DNA of 64,000 nucleotides from a bacterium. Its GTDB lineage: Bacteria > UBA8248. A program made the position numbers and the translations under genes. The notes under the pieces were generated by a model. That model was not told where the DNA came from and made no database searches. It saw only the letters and a program-made list of their open reading frames with translations. Where the stretch lies: the NCBI GenBank assembly GCA_965200245.1, contig CBDATS010000008.1, forward strand, positions 256,001 to 320,000. The letters run 5' to 3'. Each line of letters begins with the position of its first letter. The stretch's first letter is position 1. Below, piece by piece: positions 1-10,729 of this stretch.

Positions 1-80
1 CTCAAAAAGGCGTTGGGGCGATACATTCCAAAGACTGTGGTATCATGCCCCGTAGGAAGCCATCCGGTGAACCCTAACCA

Positions 81-1685
81 TTGGAACGGCTTATGTCGAT
101 AGGACGCATTCTTGTTTCCCGATTTCTCCGAGCGCGTGCAGCAGACTACTTGCGCCTGAAGCACCTTGCGATATGCATGGTTCTTTCGGCAGCGGTGCTC
201 TCGACGAGCCTCGTCTTTTCGCTTTCGGATGATCAGGAAGAGGCCATCGCCCTTCTGTATGAGGTTATGCAGAAAGTGGACGATAGCTATGCACTGACCC
301 CCGATTTCAGAAAAATGTACATCGCGGGACTGAAGGGCCTCAAGAAAGCGTCCGGCGAGGGACGTTTCGATTTCGAGGAGAAAGCGGGCGGCGAGGTGCT
401 ACTCAGGGCGGGTGAGAAGGAATTGCTCGTCCGTCTCAGAGGAGACACCGACGGCGGACTGGGCGGGTTCGAGCGCGCCTATCGGTTCGTGGCGGAAAGC
501 GTCAGGGCTTCGGAGAAGTCGGAGAAGAAAAAAGAAAAGGGTGAACTTGACGTCATGTACGCGACGCTCGCTTCCATGCTGCGTTCTCTTGATCCGTTCA
601 GCACATTCGTTTCACCCGAGGCCTACAAACAGATGCAGGTGGAGCACACGGGGCGCTACGGCGGGGTAGGCGTCATCATCACGGTGCGGGAGAAGAAACT
701 CACCATCGTATCGCCGATCGAGGACACGCCGGCCTACCGCGCCGGCCTGAAGTCCGAAGACATTGTTCTGGAAATCGACGGCGCCTCCACAGCGGACATG
801 CCGCTGTTCGAGGTGGTGCGCCGCATGAGAGGACCTGCGGGCAAGACTGTCGATTTGCTGATTTCACGCGCCGCTTGGTCCCAACCTCGCAAGGTGACGC
901 TGCACCGCGCCATCATCAGCATACGCAGCGTGAAGACGGAGGTGAAAGAGGGCGGAATCGGTTACCTGCGCGTTACGGCCTTCCATGGCCGCACAACGCA
1001 GGAACTGGATGCAGGGCTCAGCGAGTTGATTCGCAAGAAGGTGCTTGGAATCGTGCTGGACCTGCGTGACAACCCGGGCGGTTTTCTTCGTCAGTCCGTC
1101 CAGGTCTCGGAAAGATTTCTGTCCGATGGAAACATGGTCGTCTTCACTCGGGGGCGGAGGCGAAAAGAGACGGTGTATTTTCGATCTCGCGGCACCGGCG
1201 TCTGGGCGGGCAAGCCCTTGGTCGTATTGATCAACAAGGGCAGTGCGAGCGCGTCCGAGATCGTGGCCGGCGCCCTGCAAGACTTGGGTAGCGCCCTGAT
1301 TATCGGCAGAACCAGCTTCGGCAAGGGTTCGGTTCAGGCCATCATTCCAACGAGGGGCAAGGCGGCGATCAGGCTCACGACAGCGAAATACTACACACCG
1401 CTCGGTCGACTGATTCACGAGAAGGGTATTCAGCCCGACATCGAAGCGGGTCCCCGAGCGCTCACGAAAAATGAGATCCGCGAACGAAGAAAACAGATGA
1501 AGACTTCGCTCTACCAGAAAGAGGAAAAGACGAAAGAGCAGAAAAAAGACCCCGTCCTCGAGCTAGCGGTCACCGCCTTGAAAAACACCCAAAGCGCGGA
1601 CGCGGAGGCGCTTCGCCAGGCGACGCTTATCGCGCAGCGCAAGATGCGAAGCGCCGGGACAGTATCGTCTGCAACCTCCCCCTAG
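81..1685 (+). CDS. Carboxyl-terminal processing protease, S41A family (PDZ + protease domain)
   Basis: Motifs LDPFS, YGGVGV (PDZ), DLRDNPGG, SASASEIVAGALQD (catalytic Ser) and GKGSVQ (catalytic Lys). True start may be downstream. Confidence 0.92.
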   Translation: MERLMSIGRILVSRFLRARAADYLRLKHLAICMVLSAAVLSTSLVFSLSDDQEEAIALLYEVMQKVDDSYALTPDFRKMYIAGLKGLKKASGEGRFDFEEKAGGEVLLRAGEKELLVRLRGDTDGGLGGFERAYRFVAESVRASEKSEKKKEKGELDVMYATLASMLRSLDPFSTFVSPEAYKQMQVEHTGRYGGVGVIITVREKKLTIVSPIEDTPAYRAGLKSEDIVLEIDGASTADMPLFEVVRRMRGPAGKTVDLLISRAAWSQPRKVTLHRAIISIRSVKTEVKEGGIGYLRVTAFHGRTTQELDAGLSELIRKKVLGIVLDLRDNPGGFLRQSVQVSERFLSDGNMVVFTRGRRRKETVYFRSRGTGVWAGKPLVVLINKGSASASEIVAGALQDLGSALIIGRTSFGKGSVQAIIPTRGKAAIRLTTAKYYTPLGRLIHEKGIQPDIEAGPRALTKNEIRERRKQMKTSLYQKEEKTKEQKKDPVLELAVTALKNTQSADAEALRQATLIAQRKMRSAGTVSSATSP

Positions 1686-1746
1686 TCCCGAGTGCGCGGC
1701 ACCTACCACTATTCCGCCGGGATAAAGATTTCGTTGATTTTCCGTG

Positions 1747-2595
1747 TTACGGAGTGAAGGCGAAGATGGTTCCTGCCGCTGCGGCCAGCCCTAGGAACTT
1801 TCGCATAGTTATCTTTTCCGACAGCCGCCAACTGGCCAGGATTGTGGTCACGATAAAACTGAATTGCATGATCGGCGAGACGATGGAGGCTTCTCCTTCC
1901 CTGAGTGCGGCCAGCAGTGAGGTGATGCCGAATATGAAGCAGGTGGCGGTTACGCATCCGTGCGCCCATCCTTTTTTCGAAAACTGCGGCCCTCCCTGCA
2001 CGATGAACGAGTAGATAAAAGCGATGGTGATGAAAAAAACTGCTTGGCTGTGCAGGAACATGATCGGTGCCACCCCACCCGAGACGCCGAGCTTGTAGAT
2101 GAAGCTTACGAGTCCGACAGCCACCATCGCCGCCATTGCCAGGAGGATGGAGGCGAGCTTGTGGGCGGAAAAGCTCCCCCGGTGAAAATCGGAGAACAGG
2201 AAGATGGCGCAGCCAGTAAGGATGAGGCCCACGATTTTGGAGAGTGTGATGGATTCATTCAAAAACCAGATGGCGAGCATGGCGGTGACGACAAAACTCA
2301 TCCGGTAGATAGGTGTGCTCACGCTCGTCTCTCCGAGTTCCACGCTTTTCATGAAGCACCAAAAACCGATGAATATAAAAAAAGCCGCGCCGATTCCGAG
2401 GAAAGAGGCGGGTGTCCAGGCGTAGCTGCCCTCGTATAGTGCCCAGAGCCACGTGATGGGAACGACGATGCTCGACTGCGAAACCGTTATTGTGCCTGGC
2501 AGTATCCGGTTTCTTACCGCACGTCCGTACACGTAGTCCGCCACGCCAATCAGAAACGATGCGAATAGCGCGAGTATGATGAATCTGGGAAGCAA
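1747..2595 (-). CDS. EamA/DMT family transporter
   Basis: 282 aa hydrophobic protein made of two repeated EamA-like halves (GETSVSTPI..LNE / GEASIVSPI..LSE). Confidence 0.85.
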   Translation of the reverse strand: MLPRFIILALFASFLIGVADYVYGRAVRNRILPGTITVSQSSIVVPITWLWALYEGSYAWTPASFLGIGAAFFIFIGFWCFMKSVELGETSVSTPIYRMSFVVTAMLAIWFLNESITLSKIVGLILTGCAIFLFSDFHRGSFSAHKLASILLAMAAMVAVGLVSFIYKLGVSGGVAPIMFLHSQAVFFITIAFIYSFIVQGGPQFSKKGWAHGCVTATCFIFGITSLLAALREGEASIVSPIMQFSFIVTTILASWRLSEKITMRKFLGLAAAAGTIFAFTP

Positions 2596-2825
2596 GTCGA
2601 ATCTCTCCCGGGAAAAATGATGCAGCCTGAAACCGTTCAGGCGTCAGAATCTTTTTCTGTGTACGCGTGTTGTCGGCATATGAAGATTACGCCAAAACAA
2701 GTCTCGATTCATATCGTCAACGCCCGGTCGTTCGTGTGAGCATGCATTCCCGTTCCATCCTTGTGGTTGATTGCCAAGGCGTGCAATTGCAGTTCTGAAC
2801 GGAACGGGGCTGCTGTTTTCCTTAG

Positions 2826-2865
2826 TTGTATGAACGAAATGCTTCCTGTATATTGCAAATATACA
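2826..2865 (+). promoter_or_regulatory. Putative sigma70 promoter with overlapping palindromic operator upstream of the liv-type operon
   Basis: TTGTAT-N17-TATATT. The inverted repeat TGTATATT-GCA-AATATACA (2847-2865) covers the -10 box. Confidence 0.5.
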
Positions 2866-3008
2866 TCTCGTCATGCTGCTTGCGTGAACCGCACCGGAAT
2901 TGTTCCGGAGGAGAGATATAGTCTTTCTTCTTTGTACATGCGGAAACGGGCAAGTCCCTGTATCCGCACTCTGAGTCCACGGAATCGGAAGACAGGGAGG
3001 AACACGTA

Positions 3009-4265
3009 ATGGTAACGAGATCGCCGTATGCTCCAAATAGATGGCTCAGCGTTTCTCGTCCGGCGGTGATGGTTGCGGCGTTGTCTTTCGCGCTCGTCGC
3101 CACCTTCGGCTCTACCGCCATTGCCGCCCAGAAAGGTCCCATTAAAATCGGGGTGTTGTCGTTTCTGAGCGGAAAACTGAAACCAATCGGGGACGAGATC
3201 ACCACGGGTATCCAGACGGCCGTGAAGATGCACGGGCCTGTCATGGGCCGATCCATAGAGTTGATCCTGGAAGACAGTCTGGTGAATGCGCAGGTGGCGG
3301 TCACCAAGGCGACCAAGCTCGTCCAGAAAAACCGCGTCACGGCGATACTGGGAACGAGCACGCTGGAAGCCTTGGCGTTATTGCCCGTGGCGAACCGCCT
3401 GCGCGTACCGATTATCACCTCGAACAGCGGCTCGGCCGTCATCACTGGCGAAAAGTGCAACTACTGGGTGTTTCAGACGAACCCCACTCCCCAGATGGCC
3501 GTCGTGGCGATGGACTCGCTCATCAACGATAACCCGAAGTTCAAGACTGCGAAGTGGTTCACAATGGGCCACGACTATCCCTGGAGCCGCCGGGTCGCGC
3601 GTTCGGTCAAGATCGTAAAGGGCGTGAAATACGTTGGCGAGGCGTTCGCGCCGCTGGACACCACGGACTGGGCGCCATTTATTGCCAAGGTCCGCGCTTC
3701 GGGCGCGACGGCGGTAGTCATCCCTGTCACACTGGGCACGCCGCTCGTGCAGTTTATCCAGCAGGCCAACGAGTTCGGCCTGACCAAGCAGGCGACTCTG
3801 GTGGCGCCCATTGGTCTGCCGGACTGGCTCATCGCCAAACTGGGTGAATTATCGACTCATATCGTCTCGGCGGGCGCGTGGAGCGCGTGGCGCCTTGAGG
3901 ACACGGTGCCCACGACCAAGAAGTTCAACGAACTCTACTACAAGATGCACGGTCGCGTAGCAGGCATGCAGGCCATCCAGGCGGGCACGGCGGCCCAACT
4001 TCTGTTCAACGCCATCCAAAAGGCGGGTTCGACGGACGGCAAGGCCATCGTCGCGGCGCTTGAGAAGCTCGATGTAGAGGCTCCTGCGGGAAGGATGCGT
4101 TTCCAGAAAGACGGACGTATGGCGGAGGTCCCTCTGATTCTCGGGAGGATCGAGAAGCTTCAGAAGCCGAAATACGGTGCGAAGTATGCGCAGTCGGTCA
4201 CGGCGCTTCCGGCATCCAGGACACTTGAGCTGGCGAAGAAGCTCGGCTGCAATTTGAAGAAATAG
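3009..4265 (+). CDS. Branched-chain amino acid (Liv/HAAT)-type ABC transporter substrate-binding protein
   Basis: Signal peptide, PIKIG motif, GRSIELILED, DYPW; first gene of a liv-type operon. Confidence 0.9.
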   Translation: MVTRSPYAPNRWLSVSRPAVMVAALSFALVATFGSTAIAAQKGPIKIGVLSFLSGKLKPIGDEITTGIQTAVKMHGPVMGRSIELILEDSLVNAQVAVTKATKLVQKNRVTAILGTSTLEALALLPVANRLRVPIITSNSGSAVITGEKCNYWVFQTNPTPQMAVVAMDSLINDNPKFKTAKWFTMGHDYPWSRRVARSVKIVKGVKYVGEAFAPLDTTDWAPFIAKVRASGATAVVIPVTLGTPLVQFIQQANEFGLTKQATLVAPIGLPDWLIAKLGELSTHIVSAGAWSAWRLEDTVPTTKKFNELYYKMHGRVAGMQAIQAGTAAQLLFNAIQKAGSTDGKAIVAALEKLDVEAPAGRMRFQKDGRMAEVPLILGRIEKLQKPKYGAKYAQSVTALPASRTLELAKKLGCNLKK

Positions 4266-4273
4266 CCATTGGG

Positions 4274-5140
4274 ATGGATTGGAATTTTTTGTTCGTCAAT
4301 TCACTGAACGGGATCATCTACGGCTCGTTCCTCGCGTTGACGAGTCTCGGCCTGAGCCTGGTGTTCGGCTTGGGCCGGGTCGTCAACTTCGCCCATGGCG
4401 TGCTCTACGCCCTGGGGGGATATTTTTTCATCATCCTTCTGCCGTCGATGGGATGGTGGGCGATGGTGTTCTCCCCCCTTGTGGTCGTGCCCTTGGCCAT
4501 CGCCATGGAATGGCTCATGATTGCCCCCATCCGTAATCGGGATGAAATCTACACCCTGCTCGTGACCTTCGGCCTCTCGTTCATGCTCATAGGCGCAATA
4601 GAGTATCTCTGGGGCACTGAGACTACCCTCATCAAGCCGCCCGTCATCTTTCAGGGCACTGTGGACATCCTCGGCAACCAGTTCCCCGTGTACAGGCTCT
4701 TTGCGTCGGCACTATCGTTGGTAGTGACGGGGCTGGTCTTCGTCTTTATCCAGTTTACGCCGATGGGTCTCCAGATTCGCGCCATCACGGATGACAACGA
4801 GATGGCGGAAGCCATCGGCATCAACACGCGCTGGCTGCTCACGAGTATATTCGGCGGCGCTGCCGGGTTTGCGGCGTTCGCGGGTGCGCTGGGCGCTCCC
4901 ATTTTTTCCGTCGAACCGGAAATGGGGATGGGTATCATCATCGACTCGTTCCTGGCGGTGATCCTGGGTGGCCTCGGCCATCTGCCCGGCACAGCCGTGG
5001 GGGCGTTCATCGTGGCACTGGCGAAATCCATCGGCGGGGGTTACATCGCGGAGTGGGCCATTGCAGTGCTTTTCCTGATCGTGGCCGCGATCATGGTTCT
5101 GCGGCCCAGAGGAGTCTTCGGTCGTGGCCGAATCGCCTGA
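4274..5140 (+). CDS. livH: Liv-type ABC permease (LivH-like)
   Basis: Motifs GLSLVFG..VVNFAHG, G..IRA..D..MA.A.GIN and ILGGLG. Confidence 0.88.
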   Translation: MDWNFLFVNSLNGIIYGSFLALTSLGLSLVFGLGRVVNFAHGVLYALGGYFFIILLPSMGWWAMVFSPLVVVPLAIAMEWLMIAPIRNRDEIYTLLVTFGLSFMLIGAIEYLWGTETTLIKPPVIFQGTVDILGNQFPVYRLFASALSLVVTGLVFVFIQFTPMGLQIRAITDDNEMAEAIGINTRWLLTSIFGGAAGFAAFAGALGAPIFSVEPEMGMGIIIDSFLAVILGGLGHLPGTAVGAFIVALAKSIGGGYIAEWAIAVLFLIVAAIMVLRPRGVFGRGRIA

Positions 5141-5168
5141 TGCGGGAAACAGGGTGCAAGACATCTCC

Positions 5169-6128
5169 ATGAGCCGCTCGAGGGTGGTCGCGACGAAGGC
5201 GATGCTCGCGGGCTTTGCGTTCTTGCTCCTAGCGGTTCCGTTCCTGAACGCAAGTCCTTTTTTCATCACACTGCTCACCGAAGCCCTGATCTTCGGCATA
5301 TGGGCGATGAGTCTCGATTTACTGGTAGGTTATACGGGCCTTGTCTCGTTTGGCCACGCCGCGAGTTTCGGCTTCGCGACCTACGCCGCGGGGCTTTTCG
5401 CCCAAAACATATCTGCGGACTTTTTTCTCTCGACAATCGTGGCCGTAATCGCCGCTGCAGGAGTGGCGTTTCTCACGGGCCTCGTCGTAACACGTCTCTC
5501 AGGCATCGCCTTCGCCATACTCACCCTGTGCATCTGCCAGGTTTTGTTCCAGATATCCGTGGTGTGGCGCTCGTTCACCGGTGGGCTTGACGGCCTCATC
5601 GGTGTTCCGCTACCCACGCTTTTCGGCCGGGAGGTGGAACCGGGCAAGGAGTTCTATCTCCTCACAGCCGTTACTCTCATCCTCTGCTATCTTCTTTTGA
5701 GGAGGCTGGTGGAGTCTCCCTTCGGGAAAACCCTGCTGGCGATTCGTGCGAACGAAGACAGGGCAGCAGCCATCGGTATCGACGTGAGGCGGCACAAGCT
5801 GGTGATTCTCATCCTCTCCTGGATGGCGGGTGGCGTGGCGGGAACGCTCTTCGTATTCCTGAAGGCGGGCGCAAACCCGATGACGCTCTACTGGGTCGAG
5901 TCGGGCAACATTCTGGCCATCACGATTTTAGGCGGCATCGGGACGCTGTTCGGTCCGATTATCGGCTCGATCGGTTTCATCTTCATACGTGATCAGGTAA
6001 CGACGATGTACCGGGCGTGGCAGTTTTCCTTCGGGCTCGCCTTCGTGCTCGCTGTCTTGTTCATGCCCTCGGGGATCGCAGGGGTCGCCGAGAGAATCTG
6101 GAGACGGATGTGGCCGGCGCGTTCATAG
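5169..6128 (+). CDS. livM: Liv-type ABC permease (LivM-like)
   Basis: Motifs GYTGLVSFGHA, TGG.DG, SPFG..L.AIR.NE and GG.GT.FGP. Start is uncertain (5124-5169). Confidence 0.88.
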   Translation: MSRSRVVATKAMLAGFAFLLLAVPFLNASPFFITLLTEALIFGIWAMSLDLLVGYTGLVSFGHAASFGFATYAAGLFAQNISADFFLSTIVAVIAAAGVAFLTGLVVTRLSGIAFAILTLCICQVLFQISVVWRSFTGGLDGLIGVPLPTLFGREVEPGKEFYLLTAVTLILCYLLLRRLVESPFGKTLLAIRANEDRAAAIGIDVRRHKLVILILSWMAGGVAGTLFVFLKAGANPMTLYWVESGNILAITILGGIGTLFGPIIGSIGFIFIRDQVTTMYRAWQFSFGLAFVLAVLFMPSGIAGVAERIWRRMWPARS

Positions 6129-6868
6129 TAGAGGGCCTTCATAAGTCCTTTGGCGCACTGCACGCCGTGAACGACGTGTCTCTTGAAATAGAGCCTGGTC
6201 AGGTACACTCGCTCATCGGCCCGAACGGCGCGGGCAAGACGACGCTGTTCAACTGTATCACAGGGTTTTCAAGGCCCGACGCCGGAAGGGTGCTTCTCAA
6301 CGGCAGCGACGTCACCCAACTGCCGTCCCACAAGCTGGTGAAGAAGGGTATCGTCCGCACGTTTCAGATCACCCAGGTCTTTGGTGAATTGAGCGCGCGC
6401 GAAAACGTCGAGCTCGCTGCTCGCTCCCGTGAGGGGCTGAATTTCGATTTCTTCCGAAAGGCGAGCGCCTGCCGGGAAGCCTGTGAGGACGCAGAAGAGT
6501 CACTGGAGGTGGTTGGGCTAATCGAAAAGGCCCATCTGCGGCCTGAAGAACTGGGCCACGGGGACAAGCGCGTGCTCGAAGTGGCCATAGGGCTTGCGCT
6601 CAAGCCCGAAGTCTTGTTGCTCGATGAGCCGACGGCGGGCATGTCTCGAACAGAAACCGAACGCATCGCTCGCCTGGTGTGTCAGATTACGGACCGCACG
6701 AGCGTCCTCCTCGTTGAGCACGACACAGAGGTGGTTCTCGCGATTTCGAATACAATCACCGTGATGACGCAGGGGAGGGTGATCGCCCAGGGTCCACCCG
6801 ATCTGGTCAGCAAAGACCCCCAAGTGCAGGATGTCTACCTGGGTGCTATCAAAGTGGAGGAAGATTGA
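6110..6868 (+). CDS. livG: Liv-type ABC ATPase (LivG-like)
   Basis: Walker A GPNGAGKT, RTFQ, LLLDEP, VEHD. GTG start at 6110 follows GGAG. Confidence 0.9.
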   Translation: MAGAFIVEGLHKSFGALHAVNDVSLEIEPGQVHSLIGPNGAGKTTLFNCITGFSRPDAGRVLLNGSDVTQLPSHKLVKKGIVRTFQITQVFGELSARENVELAARSREGLNFDFFRKASACREACEDAEESLEVVGLIEKAHLRPEELGHGDKRVLEVAIGLALKPEVLLLDEPTAGMSRTETERIARLVCQITDRTSVLLVEHDTEVVLAISNTITVMTQGRVIAQGPPDLVSKDPQVQDVYLGAIKVEED

Positions 6869-7599
6869 TGCTTCAGGTTTCCTCCCTTCACGTTCACTAT
6901 GGAACAGCCCATATTCTCCATGGCGTGAACCTGGTAGCGGAGGCCGGTAAAATCGCTTGCCTCATCGGGCGCAATGGCGCGGGCAAGAGCACGACTCTCA
7001 AAGCCATCATGGGCCTTGCACCGACCACTTCAGGCCAAATCCATTTTGAGGATCAGCGAATCGACGTCATGGCGGCCCACCGGATTGCCCGTATGGGAGT
7101 GGCCTACGTGCCCGAGGACAGACGACCTTTCGGTTCTCTGAGTGTGGAAGAGAATATCCGCGTCGCTGCGCAAGCCAGTTCGCACTCGGATGCGAACGGC
7201 GTCAGCAAGGCGTTATCGTTTTTTCCCGTCTTGGAGGAGCGCGCGGGTCAACTGGCGGGAAGCCTTAGTGGCGGCGAGCAACAAATGCTCGTGATCGCAC
7301 GTGCGCTGGTGGCACGGCCACGGCTGATTCTGCTTGATGAGCCGACTGAAGGTCTCGCGCCGAACCTCGTCCGCTCCATCAGAGACGGAATTATGAAGAC
7401 GCGCAGTCACGGCCTCTCCATTCTGCTCGTGGAGCAGAACCTCTCCCTTGCGCTGGAGGTGGGCGATTACTTCTATGTGCTGAGTCGTGGTTTCGTCGCT
7501 TTCGAGGGAACGAGCGAAGAACTGCTTGCACGAGAGGACGTGATCACCGAACATCTGGGGGTCGGCCGCATGAGGGAAGCCCTCCGGTCTCGTAAATGA
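6868..7599 (+). CDS. livF: Liv-type ABC ATPase (LivF-like)
   Basis: Motifs GRNGAGKST, LSGGEQQM, LDEPTEGLAP and VEQN. Confidence 0.9.
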   Translation: MLQVSSLHVHYGTAHILHGVNLVAEAGKIACLIGRNGAGKSTTLKAIMGLAPTTSGQIHFEDQRIDVMAAHRIARMGVAYVPEDRRPFGSLSVEENIRVAAQASSHSDANGVSKALSFFPVLEERAGQLAGSLSGGEQQMLVIARALVARPRLILLDEPTEGLAPNLVRSIRDGIMKTRSHGLSILLVEQNLSLALEVGDYFYVLSRGFVAFEGTSEELLAREDVITEHLGVGRMREALRSRK

Positions 7600-8127
7600 G
7601 CCGTTACAACGCAAGCCATCCGGGTCGACAGAAACGAAAAGAGAACACTCAATGCCTGTCTGTGCGCTTAAGGAAAACGCCCTCTCCTTGAAGGAAATCG
7701 CGATGATCGCTCCTTTGGAGGTTTCCGCTAGGAATGATCCAGTTATGCTACGAGGGGCAGAAGTGGCTCATCGTGGTCGAGGACACGGGCCTTGCAGAGG
7801 GATTTTCGCTCGTCGTATTGAAGACGAAGCCTCAAGGCGTTCTCGTACTCAAGGGCATGGCGGCTTTCGGGACATGCCTGAGTCTATCCTGAATCGTGGT
7901 AGGTGAAATCACGGCCCTCAGTTCGCATTGCAGGTCTTTCGCAACAGTGACTCGGGCACTTGAGGAGGGTGTCATCCGCACGTCAGCGATGATTCATAGT
8001 TTCTTCGACTTGCGAAACGCGTATGAGGCTCTTTGAAAGAGCTTGCAAAAAAGGCATAATAAAGTGTTGATCCTGTACTGGGGGTTGTTTTTTTGGTGTA
8101 AATGGAGAATCTACATTACTTGATGGG

Positions 8128-9045
8128 ATGGTGCTCGTTAAGGAGCAAGCGATGAGAGGCCTCATAGGGACGGCCTTGATTTTGTGTTTCCTTTTTTCGG
8201 CATGGAGTATGGAGGCCTCTGCGGCCACACCGGAGACGCCCCGGGTGATAGAAGAAAGACGTATTTCCCGTCTTGTCTCCCATCTCAAGCGGCTAGAGAA
8301 GCCCGAGGACTGGTTGCTGGTCCGCAAGTTTTTCTCCTCGGACGCCAACGTGCAACTCAACGCACTGTCGAACTGCCCCCTCCCTGAAAACGAATGGCCT
8401 TGGTATCTCTCCTCCAGTCATCTCAAGAACTACGCTTTCACGGTGGATTTCATCCCGCTCAACATGGATGCGGACAAACGCCTTGAGACCCTGGTAGTCA
8501 TCCAGTCGGATCACGCCAAGAATCACTACATTACCTTTTGCCTCATGGATGACGACATGAACGCCCGTAAGCCGCTTGCCTCCTACAGCGACTTGAGCCA
8601 GGGGCGGGAGATCACCTACCAGATCGCCGATTTGACGGGAGACGGATCCCATGAATTGATAGTCAATATCCGCGAGAATTCAAACGGCCGCTATTCCGAC
8701 GCCGTACGGGTCATCAAGCCAACCCAAAAGCGTCGTTTCGAACTGGTATGGTTCGCGCACCTTCAAGAGGAGTTGAGGTGGCCGAGAGCGAATTTGAACG
8801 GTGCGGGAACCCGAGTTGTCCAGAGAAGCGAAGATTTGAGTGCAACGGTTCGATTCCGCTTCAACGGGCCGGGCAACCCGGCCACCCTGATCCTCAAGGG
8901 GGTCAGAAAATACGAGGAGCAACTCTTCAACCTCGAAAACGGGCAAGAGAAAAAAGAAGTCTTGGTCGATCGGTTCCCCTTCGAGGAATTTTGGCGCTGG
9001 GATAAGAAGAAGCTGCAATTCGTCCGCGTTTTCGACTCCAGATAA
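8128..9045 (+). CDS. Hypothetical exported protein
   Basis: 305 aa ORF with an N-terminal signal peptide (..SMEASAA) and two DxxxD-like loops (MDADKRLE, DLTGDGSHE). Confidence 0.7.
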   Translation: MVLVKEQAMRGLIGTALILCFLFSAWSMEASAATPETPRVIEERRISRLVSHLKRLEKPEDWLLVRKFFSSDANVQLNALSNCPLPENEWPWYLSSSHLKNYAFTVDFIPLNMDADKRLETLVVIQSDHAKNHYITFCLMDDDMNARKPLASYSDLSQGREITYQIADLTGDGSHELIVNIRENSNGRYSDAVRVIKPTQKRRFELVWFAHLQEELRWPRANLNGAGTRVVQRSEDLSATVRFRFNGPGNPATLILKGVRKYEEQLFNLENGQEKKEVLVDRFPFEEFWRWDKKKLQFVRVFDSR

Positions 9046-9081
9046 CAGAAAAAGCATATCCGTCTTTCCGGAAAGGTCGTT

Positions 9082-10629
9082 GTGAACCCCTTGAACTTCC
9101 CGCGCCCCGTTATGCTCATCGTCCTGGATGGCTGGGGATTATCCGGTGCGCATGACCACAACGCCGTTGCGCTGGCCGATACCCCGACCATGGACACCCT
9201 GATAACTCACCGTCCCCACACCCGTCTCCTCACTTCGGGACGTGCCGTGGGGCTTCCCGACGGGCAAATGGGTAATTCCGAAGTGGGGCATTTGAACCTG
9301 GGCGCGGGCCGAGTGGTAAATCAGGATATCGTCCGAATCAGTCACTCTATCGAGAGCGGCGATTTCTTCGGACTCTCCCCGCTGGCCGAAAACATTCAGA
9401 AAGCGAAAAAAAAAGCCGGCGCGCTGCACATACTGGGTCTGGTGTCTGACGGCGGCGTGCACAGCCTCCAGGATCACGGAGTCGCGTTGGCGCGGCTGGG
9501 GAGAAAAATCGGGATCGAGCGCATCTTCGCGCACGCTTTCACGGACGGGAGGGATACGCCGCCCCGATCGGGCCTGGAATTCGTCAGACGCTACGAGGAG
9601 GACCTGCGTCGCGAGACTGGGGCCGAACTCGCCACTGTCATCGGACGCTACTATGCGATGGATCGCGACAGGCGATGGGAGAGGACCGAACGCGCCTACC
9701 GGGCCATGACGGCGGGGGAAGGCATTCACGCCCCGAGCGCAACAGAGGCCATAAAAAAATCTTATACGCAGGGTGTGACGGATGAATTCATCGAACCAGT
9801 CGTTCTCGTTGGACATGGATGTCCGGTGGGCCTGATTCGTGACGGCGACGCCGTGATTTGCATGAACTTCCGCTCGGACAGGGTGAGGCAGATCACTCGC
9901 GCCTTCACAGACGAGCGTTTTGACGGTTTCGATAACTCTGGCGGCCCTGCTGTTCATTATGCCTGTATGACGGAGTACGACGAGCGTTTCACACTTCCCG
10001 TCGCCTTTCCTCCCTTACGTATGGAGGGGTTGTTCTGCCACGCTGTTGCGGAGGCGGGAAAAACTTGCCTGAGAGTTGCCGAGACGGAGAAGTACCCCCA
10101 CGTCACGTATTTCTTTAACGGCGGCGAGGAAGAGCCACGTCTCGGCGAGAGGCGCCACATGGTTCCGTCGCCCAAGGTGCCCACCTACGAACTCAAGCCC
10201 GAGATGAGTGCGGGCGAGGTGACGCAAATCGTCCTCAATGCAATCGCGCAAGGCGAGGATGACGCGATTGTATTGAACTACGCCAATCCGGACATGGTGG
10301 GGCATACGGGCGTGGAAAAAGCCGCCGTACGGGCCGTTGGTTTCGTAGACAAGTGTCTCGGGCACGTTCTCGAGTCACTGGAGAGCGTGGGCGGGGCGGC
10401 GGTGGTGACAGCGGACCATGGCAATTGCGAGACGATGTGGGATGCTGAGAACGACTGTCCACACACGGCGCACACGCTGAATGAGACGCCCTGTATCGTC
10501 GCGGCACCCGGTTTTGACGGTCCCTTGAGATCAGGCGGCGCGCTTTGCGACGTGGCCCCCACCCTGTTGGGATTGATGGGTATCTCACCCCCACCGGAGA
10601 TGACGGGGAAGGATTTGCGGTTTCTCTGA
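9082..10629 (+). CDS. gpmI: 2,3-bisphosphoglycerate-independent phosphoglycerate mutase
   Basis: Motifs LDGWG, GQMGNSEVGH, DGRD, GRYYAMDRD, AETEKY, NPDMVGHTG and TADHGN. Confidence 0.97.
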   Translation: MNPLNFPRPVMLIVLDGWGLSGAHDHNAVALADTPTMDTLITHRPHTRLLTSGRAVGLPDGQMGNSEVGHLNLGAGRVVNQDIVRISHSIESGDFFGLSPLAENIQKAKKKAGALHILGLVSDGGVHSLQDHGVALARLGRKIGIERIFAHAFTDGRDTPPRSGLEFVRRYEEDLRRETGAELATVIGRYYAMDRDRRWERTERAYRAMTAGEGIHAPSATEAIKKSYTQGVTDEFIEPVVLVGHGCPVGLIRDGDAVICMNFRSDRVRQITRAFTDERFDGFDNSGGPAVHYACMTEYDERFTLPVAFPPLRMEGLFCHAVAEAGKTCLRVAETEKYPHVTYFFNGGEEEPRLGERRHMVPSPKVPTYELKPEMSAGEVTQIVLNAIAQGEDDAIVLNYANPDMVGHTGVEKAAVRAVGFVDKCLGHVLESLESVGGAAVVTADHGNCETMWDAENDCPHTAHTLNETPCIVAAPGFDGPLRSGGALCDVAPTLLGLMGISPPPEMTGKDLRFL

Positions 10630-10729
10630 CGCTTGGCGTTGTGTGTTTCGTTGCGTTCGGCGAATATCTGGTGTGAGCGAAGATTCGAGACTTGATGATG
10701 ACTGGACATTCACCCGCAAGGAGACGGAC

